Below, in pieces: positions 47,747 to 58,604 of a DNA stretch of 64,000 bases. The stretch is taken from positions 75,002 through 139,001 of the forward strand of contig CAZYOA010000002.1 of NCBI GenBank assembly GCA_964648665.1, read 5' to 3'. A program made the position numbers and the translations under genes. Every line of letters starts with the position of its first letter. The stretch's first letter is position 1. The DNA comes from an uncultured Planctomycetales bacterium. Its GTDB lineage: Bacteria; Omnitrophota; Gorgyraeia; Zapsychrales; Aceulaceae. The notes under the pieces are model-generated. The model was not told where the DNA came from. It searched no databases and saw only the letters and a program-made list of their open reading frames with translations.

Positions 47747-48712
47747 TTATTGTTTAGACCAAATGCGGGTATTTAAATTAAGATCATCAACAATGTCAAT
47801 GGCAAGTTGAAGATCTCGAAAATATTCTTCAATCGGCGAAAAGTCTAGCATTGTTTGAAAAACTCTAGGTTCAAAGAGATCCCTGCGATACCAAATTGCA
47901 ATGTAGACATTCGACCGTATAAAAGAAAGATATACTTTTCGACCACTTTTCTTTTTAAAGCTCACAATTCGTTGCATCAAGCTCGGTGACAAAATATATC
48001 GAGACTCAACTGGATCTTCGCTGTAGACAGCAAAAAGTTTCTCAAACTCAGGATCTTCTAGTTTTACAAGAGGTGGCCTGGCCGTATTCATTTTTTGTAG
48101 CATTGTCCCCAACCCTCCAAGCATACTCTCAGCCCTATCAGGGAGAACAAAAGTTTTCTTACAAAAATCCTTATTGAAGTCGGCAATAAAGAAAAGTCCT
48201 TTAAAAATAGTTCTCTCGCTTCTACTTCTTGATCCGCGGGTTACATATTTAGCGCAAATTTCAGAAAATTGAACCTTTGTTTTTTCTATTGTGCCAGAGA
48301 CAAAATCATCGCCACCGTATTCGTTGATGGCATGTGTAAAGATTTGACTTGCATTAAATCTTGCCTCCCGGACAAATCCATTTTTTTCATAAATTAATCC
48401 AGGATCCATAAATTTAACGAGAGGATTAATAACAACATCTTTAAAATTGCTAACATATCCCTTTGTCAGAAGATAGTAAGTTCCAAAAACTGCTGCAAAT
48501 GTTAAAACTAGAATATAACCAGGGCCTCTATCGTCACTTCCAGGGCCGCTGATTTTAATAACATAGAAAAAAAGAGATCCACCCAATAAAATAATAATGG
48601 AACAATAAGCAATAACTAATGTTAGAACGTCTTTCCTTTTTTCTTCTAAAATACGGATACCAGGAAGAAGTTTTTCACTATAAAACTTAGAAAGTTCGTC
48701 AATTGTTCGCAA
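47747..48712 (-). CDS. Membrane-anchored hypothetical protein (DUF3137-like, LemA-associated)
   Basis: 321 aa with two N-terminal TM helices. Sits immediately downstream of lemA, which is the usual context for that family. Confidence 0.5.
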   Translation of the reverse strand: MRTIDELSKFYSEKLLPGIRILEEKRKDVLTLVIAYCSIIILLGGSLFFYVIKISGPGSDDRGPGYILVLTFAAVFGTYYLLTKGYVSNFKDVVINPLVKFMDPGLIYEKNGFVREARFNASQIFTHAINEYGGDDFVSGTIEKTKVQFSEICAKYVTRGSRSRSERTIFKGLFFIADFNKDFCKKTFVLPDRAESMLGGLGTMLQKMNTARPPLVKLEDPEFEKLFAVYSEDPVESRYILSPSLMQRIVSFKKKSGRKVYLSFIRSNVYIAIWYRRDLFEPRVFQTMLDFSPIEEYFRDLQLAIDIVDDLNLNTRIWSKQ

Positions 48713-48726
48713 GAATAAGCTCCTTT

Positions 48727-49281
48727 TTATTTATTAAATAAATCTCCGACCTTAACATTCTCACGTTCATTTTTAGCAGCAGCAAAAACAACTTTGCGAC
48801 GATATCCCATTGCAGAAGCCATAATATTTGTCGGTAACATTTCAACGGAATTGTTATATTCGGTGACAGCTGCATTATAGCTTCGACGAGCAGCTGAAAT
48901 TTGCTCTTCAACTTCATTAAGAGTTCCCTGTAGCTGAATAAAGTTTTGGCTTGCCTTAAGATCAGGATAATTCTCAACAGCAACCATAATCCCGCCTAAA
49001 GTTTTTGTAATTTTATTATCCAGATCAACTCGTTCATCAGATGATAGATTTCCAGCGACAGCTTTAGCGCGAAGCTCGGTAATTTCTGTTAGGGTATTTG
49101 CCTCATGTTGCATATACTGCTTTACGGTGTTAACAAGATTTGGAATAAGATCATATCTCTTTTTTAACATGACATCGATAGAAGAAAATGATTTCTCGAC
49201 ATCGTTTTTTCTTCCGATCAAAGTGTTGTACATTCCAAATAATACGAGACCGACAACAGCTAAAATTATGAATAATAACAT
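48727..49281 (-). CDS. lemA: LemA family protein
   Basis: N-terminal TM helix, then YNTLIGRKNDVEKSFSSIDVMLKKRYDLIPNLV and YPDLKASQNF blocks. Confidence 0.85.
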   Translation of the reverse strand: MLLFIILAVVGLVLFGMYNTLIGRKNDVEKSFSSIDVMLKKRYDLIPNLVNTVKQYMQHEANTLTEITELRAKAVAGNLSSDERVDLDNKITKTLGGIMVAVENYPDLKASQNFIQLQGTLNEVEEQISAARRSYNAAVTEYNNSVEMLPTNIMASAMGYRRKVVFAAAKNERENVKVGDLFNK

Positions 49282-49413
49282 TTACCCTCCTGTTTTTAAT
49301 TGTTTGAATCATTTTATCATTAATTAACAACATCACCAACGAGTTTTGAATAAAAAAAGAGCCAGCGCTTTTGAGCACTGACTCTTAAAATAGCAATATT
49401 ATAAATCGCCTTT

Positions 49414-49614
49414 TTATGCTTTTACAACATTTTGGGCTTGTTCACCTTTAGGACCCTGAGTAATTTCAAACTCAACGGCTTGTCCTTCTTCTAAAGACTT
49501 ATAGCCATCTCCTTGAATTTCGCTATGATGTACAAACACATCTTTGCCTTCTTCTGGCGAGATAAAACCATAACCTTTTTGGTTACTAAACCACTTTACT
49601 GTACCTTTTGCCAT
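49414..49614 (-). CDS. cspA: Cold-shock protein
   Basis: [15 protein letters not shown] (RNP1) and VFVHHS (RNP2). Length 66 aa. Confidence 0.9.
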   Translation of the reverse strand: MAKGTVKWFSNQKGYGFISPEEGKDVFVHHSEIQGDGYKSLEEGQAVEFEITQGPKGEQAQNVVKA

Positions 49615-49806
49615 TATTTAACCTCCTTTCGCAATCTTTGAGTATTAACCCTAATCCTTAAAGCTTAAAACTTTTTTGATTAAAACTAGGGCAATAATGG
49701 CATGAAACTAAAAAAACCGCTGAGGCAAGTTCTTTCTACCCAAACGGTTTCAAGCTTCTTTTCCTTCATTAACTCAAAAGCAGTATGACTTATTATCAAC
49801 ATTTTG

Positions 49807-50859
49807 TCAATAAAATAAATTTTTGTATTGCTCATAGCCTTCTTTTTCAAGATCTTCTTTTGAAATGAAGCGAAGTGCAGAAGAATTGATACAAAAACGT
49901 TGACCATCTGGTCCTGGTCCGTCGGAAAAAACATGACCTAGATGAGAATCACTCTTTTGACTTCGAATTTCTATTCGAGAAACGCCTAAAGTATCATCTT
50001 GTTTCTCGACTAGGCAATCTTGATCGATAGGTTTTGTAAAACTTGGCCAACCTGTTCCTGAGTCAAATTTATCAGTAGATGCGAAAAGAGGTTTCCCTGA
50101 AACGATATCAACATAGATGCCTTCTTCTTTGTTATCCCAGTATTCATTCTTAAAAGCAGGTTCAGTCTTATTTTCTTGCGTGACTTGATATTGCGTTGGC
50201 GTTAAGATATTTTTGAGATCTTTGTTCTCATTTTTAGTTTTTAGCCTTAAGGGACAAATTCTCATATTCTCTCTACCTCCCCATTGATATTGCAAAAAAG
50301 TTTTTCGCCCGGAGCCTTCCTTGTAGGCATTGTAATGAATTGGATTCTTTTTATAATAATCTTGATGATAATTCTCAGCTGGATAAAAAGTTTGCGCCTT
50401 GCGAATAGCTGTAATAATTGGCCGATCAAATACTTTAAGATTTTCTAAATTTTCTTTTGAGGCCTCTGCTAATTTTAATTGATTTTCTGTTGTATAAAAA
50501 ATAGCAGATGTATACTGACTCCCTTTATCAGCAAATTGTCCATCTTTATCTGTTGGATCAATATTTTTCCAAAATATATCTAAGAGATCTTCATATTTTA
50601 TCTTTGAAGGATCATAAGTGATTTCTATGGCCTCAAGGTGTCCCGTTCTCCCAGATGAAACTTCTGCATAGCCAGGACTTTTCTCTTTACCGCCACTATA
50701 CCCTGCTACAACTTCTAAAATGCCATCAAGACCTTCGAATGCCGGTTCCATGCACCAGAAGCATCCTCCAGCAAAAATAGCTTTTTCAGTTTCTTGTGCA
50801 AAAGAAGAATTTGTCATAATCAGCACCATTATAATAATTGTTAAATATATTCTTTTCAT
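49807..50859 (-). CDS. msrAB: Exported bifunctional methionine sulfoxide reductase MsrA/MsrB
   Basis: Signal peptide [23 protein letters not shown]. MsrA motif GGCFWCME. MsrB blocks GWPSF and [21 protein letters not shown]. Confidence 0.9.
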   Translation of the reverse strand: MKRIYLTIIIMVLIMTNSSFAQETEKAIFAGGCFWCMEPAFEGLDGILEVVAGYSGGKEKSPGYAEVSSGRTGHLEAIEITYDPSKIKYEDLLDIFWKNIDPTDKDGQFADKGSQYTSAIFYTTENQLKLAEASKENLENLKVFDRPIITAIRKAQTFYPAENYHQDYYKKNPIHYNAYKEGSGRKTFLQYQWGGRENMRICPLRLKTKNENKDLKNILTPTQYQVTQENKTEPAFKNEYWDNKEEGIYVDIVSGKPLFASTDKFDSGTGWPSFTKPIDQDCLVEKQDDTLGVSRIEIRSQKSDSHLGHVFSDGPGPDGQRFCINSSALRFISKEDLEKEGYEQYKNLFY

Positions 50860-50862
50860 ATT

Positions 50863-51462
50863 TTAGAAATGAAATTGTATATACGCGAAAATTCCATCAA
50901 GCATAAGCTGTGCACCAATGGCTGCAACAACTAGTCCAGTAATGCGAATCAGCGCACCCATAAGATTGTATTGTTTTAAAACATTTCCAATTGCTTGAGC
51001 ATAAAACATAACGAAGAAATTAATAATAATCGCAATAATAATACAAATTAACGTTGTTATCATGCCGTATTGCGAAGGAAAAGATAAAGCCGCTGTAATT
51101 GTTGCAGGACCTGCTATCATTGGTGACGCTAAAGGAACAATTGAAGCATCTTCTAATCTTTGATTTGTTGTTGTTTCAAAAAAGAGCCCTTTGTTTAATG
51201 CTTGAAATCCACGAAATAAAAGTATTAGGCCTCCAACAATTTGTAAAGAATAAATATTAATATGAAATATAACTTTTAAAAGAATATCACCAATTAATGT
51301 AAATGATATTAGAATGCCTGCGGCAATGATTGTTGCCTTAACGATAACACGCTTAAGTTCACCTTTTTTTGTCTCAGGCGATAAAGTAGAAATAATAAAA
51401 ATTTTACTAACAGGATTAATTAATGCAATTAAAGCAAGCGTGCAATTAAGATACAAATTCAT
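50863..51462 (-). CDS. MarC family (UPF0056) integral membrane protein
   Basis: Polytopic. Family-like start MNLYLNCTLALIALINPVSKIF. I prefer ATG 51462, which avoids an overlap with rnfA. Confidence 0.65.
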   Translation of the reverse strand: MNLYLNCTLALIALINPVSKIFIISTLSPETKKGELKRVIVKATIIAAGILISFTLIGDILLKVIFHINIYSLQIVGGLILLFRGFQALNKGLFFETTTNQRLEDASIVPLASPMIAGPATITAALSFPSQYGMITTLICIIIAIIINFFVMFYAQAIGNVLKQYNLMGALIRITGLVVAAIGAQLMLDGIFAYIQFHF

Positions 51463-51505
51463 AAGCCTCTCTTCTTTTTTAAAAAATCTAAAACGGCTAG
51501 GAACG

Positions 51506-52078
51506 TTAAACGATATTCGCAAAACCCATAAAGGCAAGCGCTAGAAGCCCAGCGACAACAAGAGAAATTGGAATACCTTTCATAGCTTCTGGAATATCCA
51601 AAAGCTCTAAACGCTCTCGAATTGTAGAAAACACAACAAGGGCCAGTGTAAATCCTATAGCATTTGCAATAGCAAAAACAGTGCTCTCCATAAGATTATA
51701 ATCTTTTCGAATAACAAGAATAGCAACACCTAAAATTGCGCAATTTGTTGTAATTAAAGGCAAGAAAACTCCCAATGCCTGATAAAGTGCAGGACTAGCC
51801 TTCTTTAAGACAAGTTCGACCATCTGGACTAAGGCAGCAATAACAAGAATATAAACAACCGTTTGCATAAAATCAATTTTCAATGGAACCAAAACATAAT
51901 TTTGAATCAAATACGTTACGATTGTTGAAAGCGTCATAACGAATAAAACAGCCCCACCCATACCAATTGCAGTTGATAGCTTTTTTGAAACACCTAAAAA
52001 AGGACAAATTCCTAAAAATTGAGCCAACACAATATTATTAACTAAGACAGCTGAAATAATTATTAAGACATATTGCAT
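51506..52078 (-). CDS. rnfA: Rnf electron-transport complex subunit A
   Basis: AVLVNNIVLAQFLGICPFLGVS block. Length 190 aa. Confidence 0.9.
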   Translation of the reverse strand: MQYVLIIISAVLVNNIVLAQFLGICPFLGVSKKLSTAIGMGGAVLFVMTLSTIVTYLIQNYVLVPLKIDFMQTVVYILVIAALVQMVELVLKKASPALYQALGVFLPLITTNCAILGVAILVIRKDYNLMESTVFAIANAIGFTLALVVFSTIRERLELLDIPEAMKGIPISLVVAGLLALAFMGFANIV

Positions 52079-52668
52079 TAGTTAGCTCCCTTATTAAGCT
52101 TATTTGCAACTGCAATTAAATATCCTAGCACCAGGAAAGCTCCAGGAGCTAGCGCAAAAACAAGTATCCCATCTCCTTGAATAAATTTAAAACCAAATAT
52201 TGCTCCAGATCCAAGAATTTCCCGCACACCACCTAAAACAGTAATCGCTAATGTGAAACCTAAACCCATGCCAAGACCATCAATTATAGAACTTAAGATA
52301 TTATTTTTAGAAGCAAAAGCTTCAGCACGTCCTAAAACAATACAATTAACAACAATCAAAGGAATGAAGATGCCAAGCTGTGCATGTAGAGCCGGTAAAT
52401 AACCAGCCATAACAAGATCAACAATGGTAACAAACGAAGCAATAACAACAATAAATGATGGAATTCGGACCTTGTCGGGAATTAAACTTTTAATGCCTGA
52501 AATAACAAAGTTTGACATTACCAAAACAAATGTTGTTGCAATGCCCATTCCTAAACCATTAATTGCAGATGTTGTAACCCCTAGCGTTGGGCAGAGTCCT
52601 AGAAGTAAAACAAGAACCGGATTCTCCGCTAAAAGACCTTTGGTGAAATTTTTCCACTGATTCATCAA
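52078..52668 (-). CDS. rnfE: Rnf complex subunit E
   Basis: [19 protein letters not shown] block. Length 196 aa. Confidence 0.9.
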   Translation of the reverse strand: MMNQWKNFTKGLLAENPVLVLLLGLCPTLGVTTSAINGLGMGIATTFVLVMSNFVISGIKSLIPDKVRIPSFIVVIASFVTIVDLVMAGYLPALHAQLGIFIPLIVVNCIVLGRAEAFASKNNILSSIIDGLGMGLGFTLAITVLGGVREILGSGAIFGFKFIQGDGILVFALAPGAFLVLGYLIAVANKLNKGAN

Positions 52669-53240
52669 TTAACTTCCTTTTTATAAATCTGATAAGCGCG
52701 TCTAACGGCATCGCAAAATGCTCGAGAACTAATTGTTGCCGCTGTAATCGCATCAACATCCCCACCATCTCGTTTGACCTTTAAATCAAAATTATTAGGA
52801 TTCTTTCCATTAAATTGATCAGAGAAATTAGACTTGCTTTTTTGAATCTTATCTCCAAGTCCAGGCGTTTCATTTGCGCTTAAAACAACAATGTTATGAA
52901 TCGTACCATCCGGCAATATACCAACCATCAAACGAATCAAGCCTGAAAATCCTTTCATGGTAAACGTATCAATGGCAAGACCAACGGTTTTATTCTTTTC
53001 TTTCGCAACATAAATTGTCACATCTTCTCCATCCATTTTAATAATCTTAGCGTCATCAAGTGGATTGTTATCAAATTTCGGTACTACATTCTCGACAGCT
53101 TTAATCTTTTTTTGAAGTGCAACTTCAGAAATAGGCTTTTTAGTTTGTTCGTAGACAAAGCCTAGCAGTGTTGAAGAAATCAACGCAATAATAAATAGCG
53201 TTGAAACCATATTTATAAAATTAGATTCTTTTTTAGCCAT
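52665..53240 (-). CDS. rnfG: Rnf complex subunit G (FMN-binding)
   Basis: N-terminal anchor. [12 protein letters not shown] is the flavinylation site. Confidence 0.85.
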   Translation of the reverse strand: MAKKESNFINMVSTLFIIALISSTLLGFVYEQTKKPISEVALQKKIKAVENVVPKFDNNPLDDAKIIKMDGEDVTIYVAKEKNKTVGLAIDTFTMKGFSGLIRLMVGILPDGTIHNIVVLSANETPGLGDKIQKSKSNFSDQFNGKNPNNFDLKVKRDGGDVDAITAATISSRAFCDAVRRAYQIYKKEVN

Positions 53241-54240
53241 TTTTTACCTTTATTAAACCGTACTTTTTAGGTTTACAAAATTTATCGATAAGAGGAACAA
53301 AAGCATTCATAATTAAAATCGCAAATGAAACGCCTTCAGGATAAGCGCCAAAAATACGTATCACCACTGTAATGAGCCCAATTAAAATACCAAAAATAAG
53401 CATTCCCTTAGGCGTCATTGGCGATGTTACCATGTCTGTCGCCATATAAATAGCACCTAAAAAGACGCCACCTGTTAATATATGGAACATTGGATCCATA
53501 TATCTTTCTGGATCAGCTCCCCAGAGAATACCGGAAAATAGCACAATCGCGCCGATCATAGCAACTGGAATATGCCAAGTAATCACCTTTCGATAAAGTA
53601 AGTAAGCCCCACCCAAAAGAAGTGCAAGAGCAGAAACCTCTCCAATGCATCCTCCAATTTGCCCAAAAAATAAATCTGAATAATTTGGAAGTTTTGACAT
53701 CAAATCTGATGTAGCAACATTATTCTTCAACCCCTCTTTAACAATTGAAAGTGGTGTTGCAGAAGTTACAGCATCAATTAATTTAAATCGTGTCACAATT
53801 GGCACAGGCCAACTTGTCATCGCAACAGGAAAAGAAACAAATAAAAATACTCGTCCTACAAGTGCTGGATTAAACGGATTATTGCCAAGTCCACCAAAAG
53901 ACATTTTAGCTATGGCAATAGCTACAAAACTTCCCAAAACAACCATCCACCAAGGTAAATTGCTAGGAACGTTAAAAGCTAACAGAAGACCGGTAATAAC
54001 AGCAGATCCATCATTAATCGTAGGAGCAACTTTAAGCATAAATTTTTGAATAATATATTCGAACAAAACAGCTGAAAAAATGGCAATCAATGTGACTCGC
54101 AATGCCCCAAAACCAAACATATAAATCGAAACAAGAAGTGCTGGTGAAAGCGCAATAAGAACATCGTACATAATACGCGAAACAGAATCTTTTCCAGAAA
54201 TATGCGGAGACAAAGAGACGATTAATTTTTCATTGTTCAT
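53233..54240 (-). CDS. rnfD: Rnf complex subunit D
   Basis: Polytopic. AVTSATPLS is the flavinylation motif. Confidence 0.9.
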   Translation of the reverse strand: MNNEKLIVSLSPHISGKDSVSRIMYDVLIALSPALLVSIYMFGFGALRVTLIAIFSAVLFEYIIQKFMLKVAPTINDGSAVITGLLLAFNVPSNLPWWMVVLGSFVAIAIAKMSFGGLGNNPFNPALVGRVFLFVSFPVAMTSWPVPIVTRFKLIDAVTSATPLSIVKEGLKNNVATSDLMSKLPNYSDLFFGQIGGCIGEVSALALLLGGAYLLYRKVITWHIPVAMIGAIVLFSGILWGADPERYMDPMFHILTGGVFLGAIYMATDMVTSPMTPKGMLIFGILIGLITVVIRIFGAYPEGVSFAILIMNAFVPLIDKFCKPKKYGLIKVKNG

Positions 54241-55586
54241 TTCTGACTTTTCTCTCGTAAACGTTGATTAATAATTGATTTTCCAAGACGGATGTAGTCT
54301 AATAGCGGTCTATCAGCTGGACATGTAAACTCGCAGGTTCCACATTCGCAACAATTTAGAATTTGTTCTTGTTGCGCTTGATCATAAAATCCTTTTTCAA
54401 CTAAATTCATAAGCAAATACGGCTCTAGTCCTAATGGACAGCGCCCAACACACTTAGCGCAACGAATACAATTTAAAACTTCTCCTCGTTTTGATTCTTC
54501 TGTCGGCATTAATAAAATACCCGATGTTCCTTTCGTAACAGGAACGTTAGTTGTATTTAAAGCTTTTCCCATCATCGGCCCACCGCTAATAATTTTACCC
54601 GTTTCATCTGGAAGTCCACCAGCTGCTTCGATTAAATCTGAAACAGGAATACCAAAGCGAACAAGAAAATTTGATGGATTTTTAACATTTTTTCCTGTCA
54701 CTGTGACAACGCGCTCAACAAGAGGTTTATTTTTTTGAATCGATTCATAAACAGCAAAAGCTGTTCCAACATTTTGGACAACAACTCCAACATCGATAGG
54801 AAGTCCTCCAATCGGAACCTGACGGTTAATCAAAGCTTCAACTAATTGTTTTTCTGCGCCTTGCGGATACTGAACTTTTAAAGGAACAACAGAAATTCCA
54901 TCATAACTTTTTGAAAGATTTGAAAAATGATCAATGGCATCAGCTTTATTTGCTTCGATACCAATCAATGCTTTTGAAACACCAAGAGCCTGCATAATAA
55001 TTTTTATGCCAATTAAAGTTTCTTCACCTTTTTCAATCATCAAGCGATGATCTGACGTTAAAAACGGTTCACACTCAACACCGTTGATCAAGAGAATATC
55101 AGCTGTCTTTCCCTTTGGAGGCGTTAATTTTACATGGATAGGAAATGTTGCTCCACCTAATCCAACGATGCCGTCTTTTTGAAGCTTAGAAATAATATCT
55201 TCTTTAGAAAGCGCAATTTCTTTTTTAAGATCCAAACTTAAATCAATGCCTTCTAACCAATCATCTCCTTGTACTTTTATGGTAACGGCTAATCGCTTGT
55301 ATCCACTGGCATCCATAACGTTATCGATCTTTGATACTACGCCAGAAACGCTTGAATGAATATTTGTTGATACATATCCACCGCTCTCGGCAATAATTTG
55401 ACCAACTTTCACAGAATCATTGATTTTCACAATTGGTTTTGCTGGCGCCCCCAAGTGCTGAGAAACAGGAATTGAAACAATGTCTGGAATCTTTAAAGAT
55501 TTAATTTCTTTATTTGCAGAAAGCTTTTGATCTTTGGGGTGAATTCCACCAACTGGAAATGTTTTTAAATTTTTAAACTGACTCAT
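54237..55586 (-). CDS. rnfC: Rnf complex subunit C
   Basis: GLGGATFP NADH/FMN block, with CIRCAKCVGRCP and CCECGTCEFTCP clusters. Confidence 0.9.
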   Translation of the reverse strand: MSQFKNLKTFPVGGIHPKDQKLSANKEIKSLKIPDIVSIPVSQHLGAPAKPIVKINDSVKVGQIIAESGGYVSTNIHSSVSGVVSKIDNVMDASGYKRLAVTIKVQGDDWLEGIDLSLDLKKEIALSKEDIISKLQKDGIVGLGGATFPIHVKLTPPKGKTADILLINGVECEPFLTSDHRLMIEKGEETLIGIKIIMQALGVSKALIGIEANKADAIDHFSNLSKSYDGISVVPLKVQYPQGAEKQLVEALINRQVPIGGLPIDVGVVVQNVGTAFAVYESIQKNKPLVERVVTVTGKNVKNPSNFLVRFGIPVSDLIEAAGGLPDETGKIISGGPMMGKALNTTNVPVTKGTSGILLMPTEESKRGEVLNCIRCAKCVGRCPLGLEPYLLMNLVEKGFYDQAQQEQILNCCECGTCEFTCPADRPLLDYIRLGKSIINQRLREKSQK

Positions 55587-56458
55587 GTTTCCGCTTCTTC
55601 TGTTTTTGTTTCAATTTCTGGCTTCGGATCTACCTTTTTAGGGGGGAAATTAATTTCATGAATTGCTTTTGTTGGACATTCAGCAACACACTTTCGACAA
55701 AGTTTGCATTTCTTGTAATCAATATAAGCAAGATTATTTCGCATTTCAATTGCATCAAAAGGACAAACCGTAACGCACTTACCGCAACCAATGCAGGCGG
55801 CTGTACAATTTTTTCTTGCAACCCCACCCTTTTCAGTATTTGAACAAGAAACGAATATGCGCCTGTTTGCTCTTCCTTTTAATCGCAATTCAATTAACTG
55901 TCGTGGACAAGCCTTAACACATGCACCACAAGATACACATTTTTCCTCATCAATAACAGGTAGTCCAGTTTTTTCATCTATATAGATAGCATCAAATTTA
56001 CACGCCTTAACGCAATCGCCCAACCCTAAGCATCCAAACGAACATCCAGTTTCACCTACATAAAGATTATGAACAATTTTACACCAAGTTGTACCGTCAT
56101 AAATGCTTGTGCGAGGTCTATTCTGATAAGATCCATTGCATCGAACAACAGCCAACATAGCCTCTTTTTCAATAACTTCAATTCCTAACACTTTTGCAAC
56201 TTCGCCCATACATTTATTTCCGCCTACTGGACAAAATAAACCTTCTAAATCTCGAGATTTAACACACGCTTCTGCAAAGCTCCGGCAGCCTGGATATCCG
56301 CACCCTCCACAGTTGGCAGCAGGTAACGCTTCATTAACTTGATCAATGCGAGGATCTTCAATAACTTTAAATTTTTTAGCAATAAAATAAAGAATGACAC
56401 CGGAAAGAACAGCAATGGTGCTAAGCGAAGCAATAGTATATAATATGGTTAAACTCAT
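55583..56458 (-). CDS. rnfB: Rnf complex subunit B (polyferredoxin)
   Basis: N-terminal TM helix, CGGCGYPGC, and several CxxCxxCxxxCP motifs. Confidence 0.9.
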   Translation of the reverse strand: MSLTILYTIASLSTIAVLSGVILYFIAKKFKVIEDPRIDQVNEALPAANCGGCGYPGCRSFAEACVKSRDLEGLFCPVGGNKCMGEVAKVLGIEVIEKEAMLAVVRCNGSYQNRPRTSIYDGTTWCKIVHNLYVGETGCSFGCLGLGDCVKACKFDAIYIDEKTGLPVIDEEKCVSCGACVKACPRQLIELRLKGRANRRIFVSCSNTEKGGVARKNCTAACIGCGKCVTVCPFDAIEMRNNLAYIDYKKCKLCRKCVAECPTKAIHEINFPPKKVDPKPEIETKTEEAET

Positions 56459-56880
56459 TTATTTCTTTCAACTCGAAATTCAAAAACTTTTTTAATTTTA
56501 TGACGAAGAATATATAATAAAAAATAATATGGAACAAGTATAGCTATTGAGAAGAACCCAGATAAAAGTTCATTTCTAGATAATTCAAAAGATAAAAACA
56601 AAGTTCCCAAAAGAAGAAAGAACGGAATAACATAACCTAGCCCAAGAGCTAAAAATCCTAGTTTCTCTTCAAAATAAACAACAACTTTTTCTCCAACACA
56701 AAAAAGTTCATTCGATCTATCAACTTCAATAATCTTTTCTTTTTTGTCGGAAACTAAACAAGCACCCTTTGCATGACACTCAGAGCAAGAAGAAAAATTC
56801 TCAATCAATACTTTGAGAGTTTCACCTGAAGTTTCAAGAACTCGCCCATCATGCCAAATGATTTTTGATAATTTTAACAA
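56455..56880 (-). CDS. rseC: RseC/MucC-family (SoxR-reducing-system) protein heading the rnf operon
   Basis: 141 aa. N-terminal CSECHAKGAC, then two TM helices. 4-nt overlap with rnfB. TTG start with AGGAG 11 nt upstream. Confidence 0.6.
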   Translation of the reverse strand: MLKLSKIIWHDGRVLETSGETLKVLIENFSSCSECHAKGACLVSDKKEKIIEVDRSNELFCVGEKVVVYFEEKLGFLALGLGYVIPFFLLLGTLFLSFELSRNELLSGFFSIAILVPYYFLLYILRHKIKKVFEFRVERNK

Positions 56881-56924
56881 AAAATCTCTACTCCTGAAAG
56901 CGTTTTGTGTATTTTATTACCTTT

Positions 56925-56953
56925 ACTATAAAGGTAAGTAAAATCAGTGTCAA
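56925..56953 (-). promoter_or_regulatory. Near-consensus sigma70-type promoter of the rseC-rnf operon
   Basis: Minus strand: TTGACA (56953-56948), 17-nt spacer, TATAGT (56930-56925). Confidence 0.5.
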
Positions 56954-57043
56954 GATTCCTCTGTTATTGTTTTTCTTTTCATTTCTCAGGTAATATTGCC
57001 CTTACTTCGCTTGATCTCGAATTAAGAAAAAGACCGATATTTC

Positions 57044-57072
57044 TTGCGCTTAAATTTTGTTTTTGTTAAGAT
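57044..57072 (+). promoter_or_regulatory. Candidate promoter of the pnt operon
   Basis: TTGCGC, 17 nt, TAAGAT, about 30 nt upstream of the pntAA start. Weaker match than the other promoters. Confidence 0.3.
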
Positions 57073-57101
57073 GAGTTAACTTTAAAAAGGATTTTATTAA
57101 A

Positions 57102-58223
57102 TTGATGACTATCGGCATTATAAAAGAACTCAACAATAAAGAAAAACGCGTTGCTGCAACTCCCTCATCTGTTGCAAAGCTAGTTAAGCTTGGCGCAACG
57201 GTTTTATGTGAAAATGGACTTGGCGATTCAATTAATATCTCAAACAATGACTATGAAAAGTCTGGTGCCAAAATTTCAAAGAGTCGAAATGAAATCCTCT
57301 CTTCATCTGATATTATTTTACGTATTGGAAAACCGTCTGAAGATGAAATTGGCCTTCTTAAAAAAGAAAGCATTTATATAAGCTTTCTAAATCCATTCAA
57401 TGAAAAAGAATTAATCAAGAAATTTTCTGCGCAAAATATTAGCGCTATTAGTATGGAACTTATTCCTCGCATTACACGTGCTCAAAAAATGGATGCTTTA
57501 AGTTCACAAGCAAATTTAGCAGGATATGCTGCTGTTCTTATCGCAGCGAAAGAAAGTCAAAAAGTGTTTCCTATGCAAATCACAGCTGCTGGAACAATTT
57601 CACCGGCACGCGTGTTCATTGTTGGTGCTGGGGTTGCAGGGCTACAAGCAATCGCTACAGCCAAAAGGCTTGGCGCCCGCGTTGACGCTTTTGATACACG
57701 TCCCGAAGTTGCCGAACAAATTGAATCTCTAGGTGCAAAATTTATAAAAATTGACTTAGGTGCTACTCAGAAAACAAAAAATGGGTATGCTAAGCAATTA
57801 TCAGAGGAACAAATTCAGAAACAACGAGACCAAATGGCAAAAGTTTGCTCTGTTTCAGATATTATTATAACGACAGCTCAAGTTTTTGGCAGAACAGCTC
57901 CTCTTATTATTACAGATGAAATGATTGCGAAAATGAAGCCAGGAAGTATTATTGTAGACATGGCAGTAGAATCTGGTGGGAATGTTAGTGGTTCAGAATT
58001 AAATAAAACAAATGTTGTTAATAACGTAAAAATTATCGGATGTGAAAGCCTTCCTTCGTCTGTTGCGGTGGATGCAAGCGAAATGTATGCCAACAATCTT
58101 GTAAATCTTATTAAAGAATATTGGAATCTTGAAACTAAAACATTCAATCTTAACCTTGATGATGAAATCATTAAAAGCTGCCTTGTGACACATGGCAACG
58201 AAATTGTCAACGAGCTAATTTAA
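57102..58223 (+). CDS. pntAA: NAD(P) transhydrogenase subunit alpha, part 1
   Basis: MTIGIIKELNNKEKRVAATP start and GAGVAGLQAIATAKRLGA Rossmann motif. The start is either TTG 57102 or ATG 57105. Confidence 0.85.
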   Translation: MMTIGIIKELNNKEKRVAATPSSVAKLVKLGATVLCENGLGDSINISNNDYEKSGAKISKSRNEILSSSDIILRIGKPSEDEIGLLKKESIYISFLNPFNEKELIKKFSAQNISAISMELIPRITRAQKMDALSSQANLAGYAAVLIAAKESQKVFPMQITAAGTISPARVFIVGAGVAGLQAIATAKRLGARVDAFDTRPEVAEQIESLGAKFIKIDLGATQKTKNGYAKQLSEEQIQKQRDQMAKVCSVSDIIITTAQVFGRTAPLIITDEMIAKMKPGSIIVDMAVESGGNVSGSELNKTNVVNNVKIIGCESLPSSVAVDASEMYANNLVNLIKEYWNLETKTFNLNLDDEIIKSCLVTHGNEIVNELI

Positions 58224-58224
58224 T

Positions 58225-58542
58225 ATGATCGATATAAATACACTTATATTTCTTTTATTTATTCTGGCCCTTTCTATTTTTCTAGGGTTTGAGCTTATTT
58301 CAAAAGTTCCGTCTACGCTTCACACACCTTTAATGTCTGGTTCTAATGCTATTTCGGGCATTACTTTAGTCGGAGCATTAATTTCTGCTGGAACTGGAAA
58401 CAATATAGTTAGCACAACGTTAGGGGTTTTAGCTGTTATTTTTGCAACAATTAATGTTGTTGGTGGTTATCTTGTGACAGACCGCATGCTTGCTATGTTT
58501 AAGCCTAAATCTAACAAAAAAATAGAAATAAAAAAGATTTAA
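58225..58542 (+). CDS. pntAB: NAD(P) transhydrogenase subunit alpha, part 2 (membrane)
   Basis: 105 aa with 3 TM helices, located between pntAA and pntB. Confidence 0.8.
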   Translation: MIDINTLIFLLFILALSIFLGFELISKVPSTLHTPLMSGSNAISGITLVGALISAGTGNNIVSTTLGVLAVIFATINVVGGYLVTDRMLAMFKPKSNKKIEIKKI

Positions 58543-58604
58543 TCTTAAGAAGATTTTGCAATGCAAAATCTGTGTAAAAAGAAGAAATAATTTGGAGGAT
58601 TTTT

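Noticed and set aside
48699-49378. Overlapping alternative-frame ORFs around lemA (48699-48983, 49127-49327, 49151-49378).
   Set aside because: The LemA frame carries the family motifs. The alternative frames do not.
49686-49934. 82-aa minus-strand ORF spanning the msrAB 3' end and the cspA upstream region. I also considered a possible hairpin + U7 at ~49714-49750 as an msrAB terminator.
   Set aside because: The ORF overlaps msrAB out of frame and runs through a non-coding leader. The hairpin is imperfect (large loop, few inner pairs), so I did not call it.
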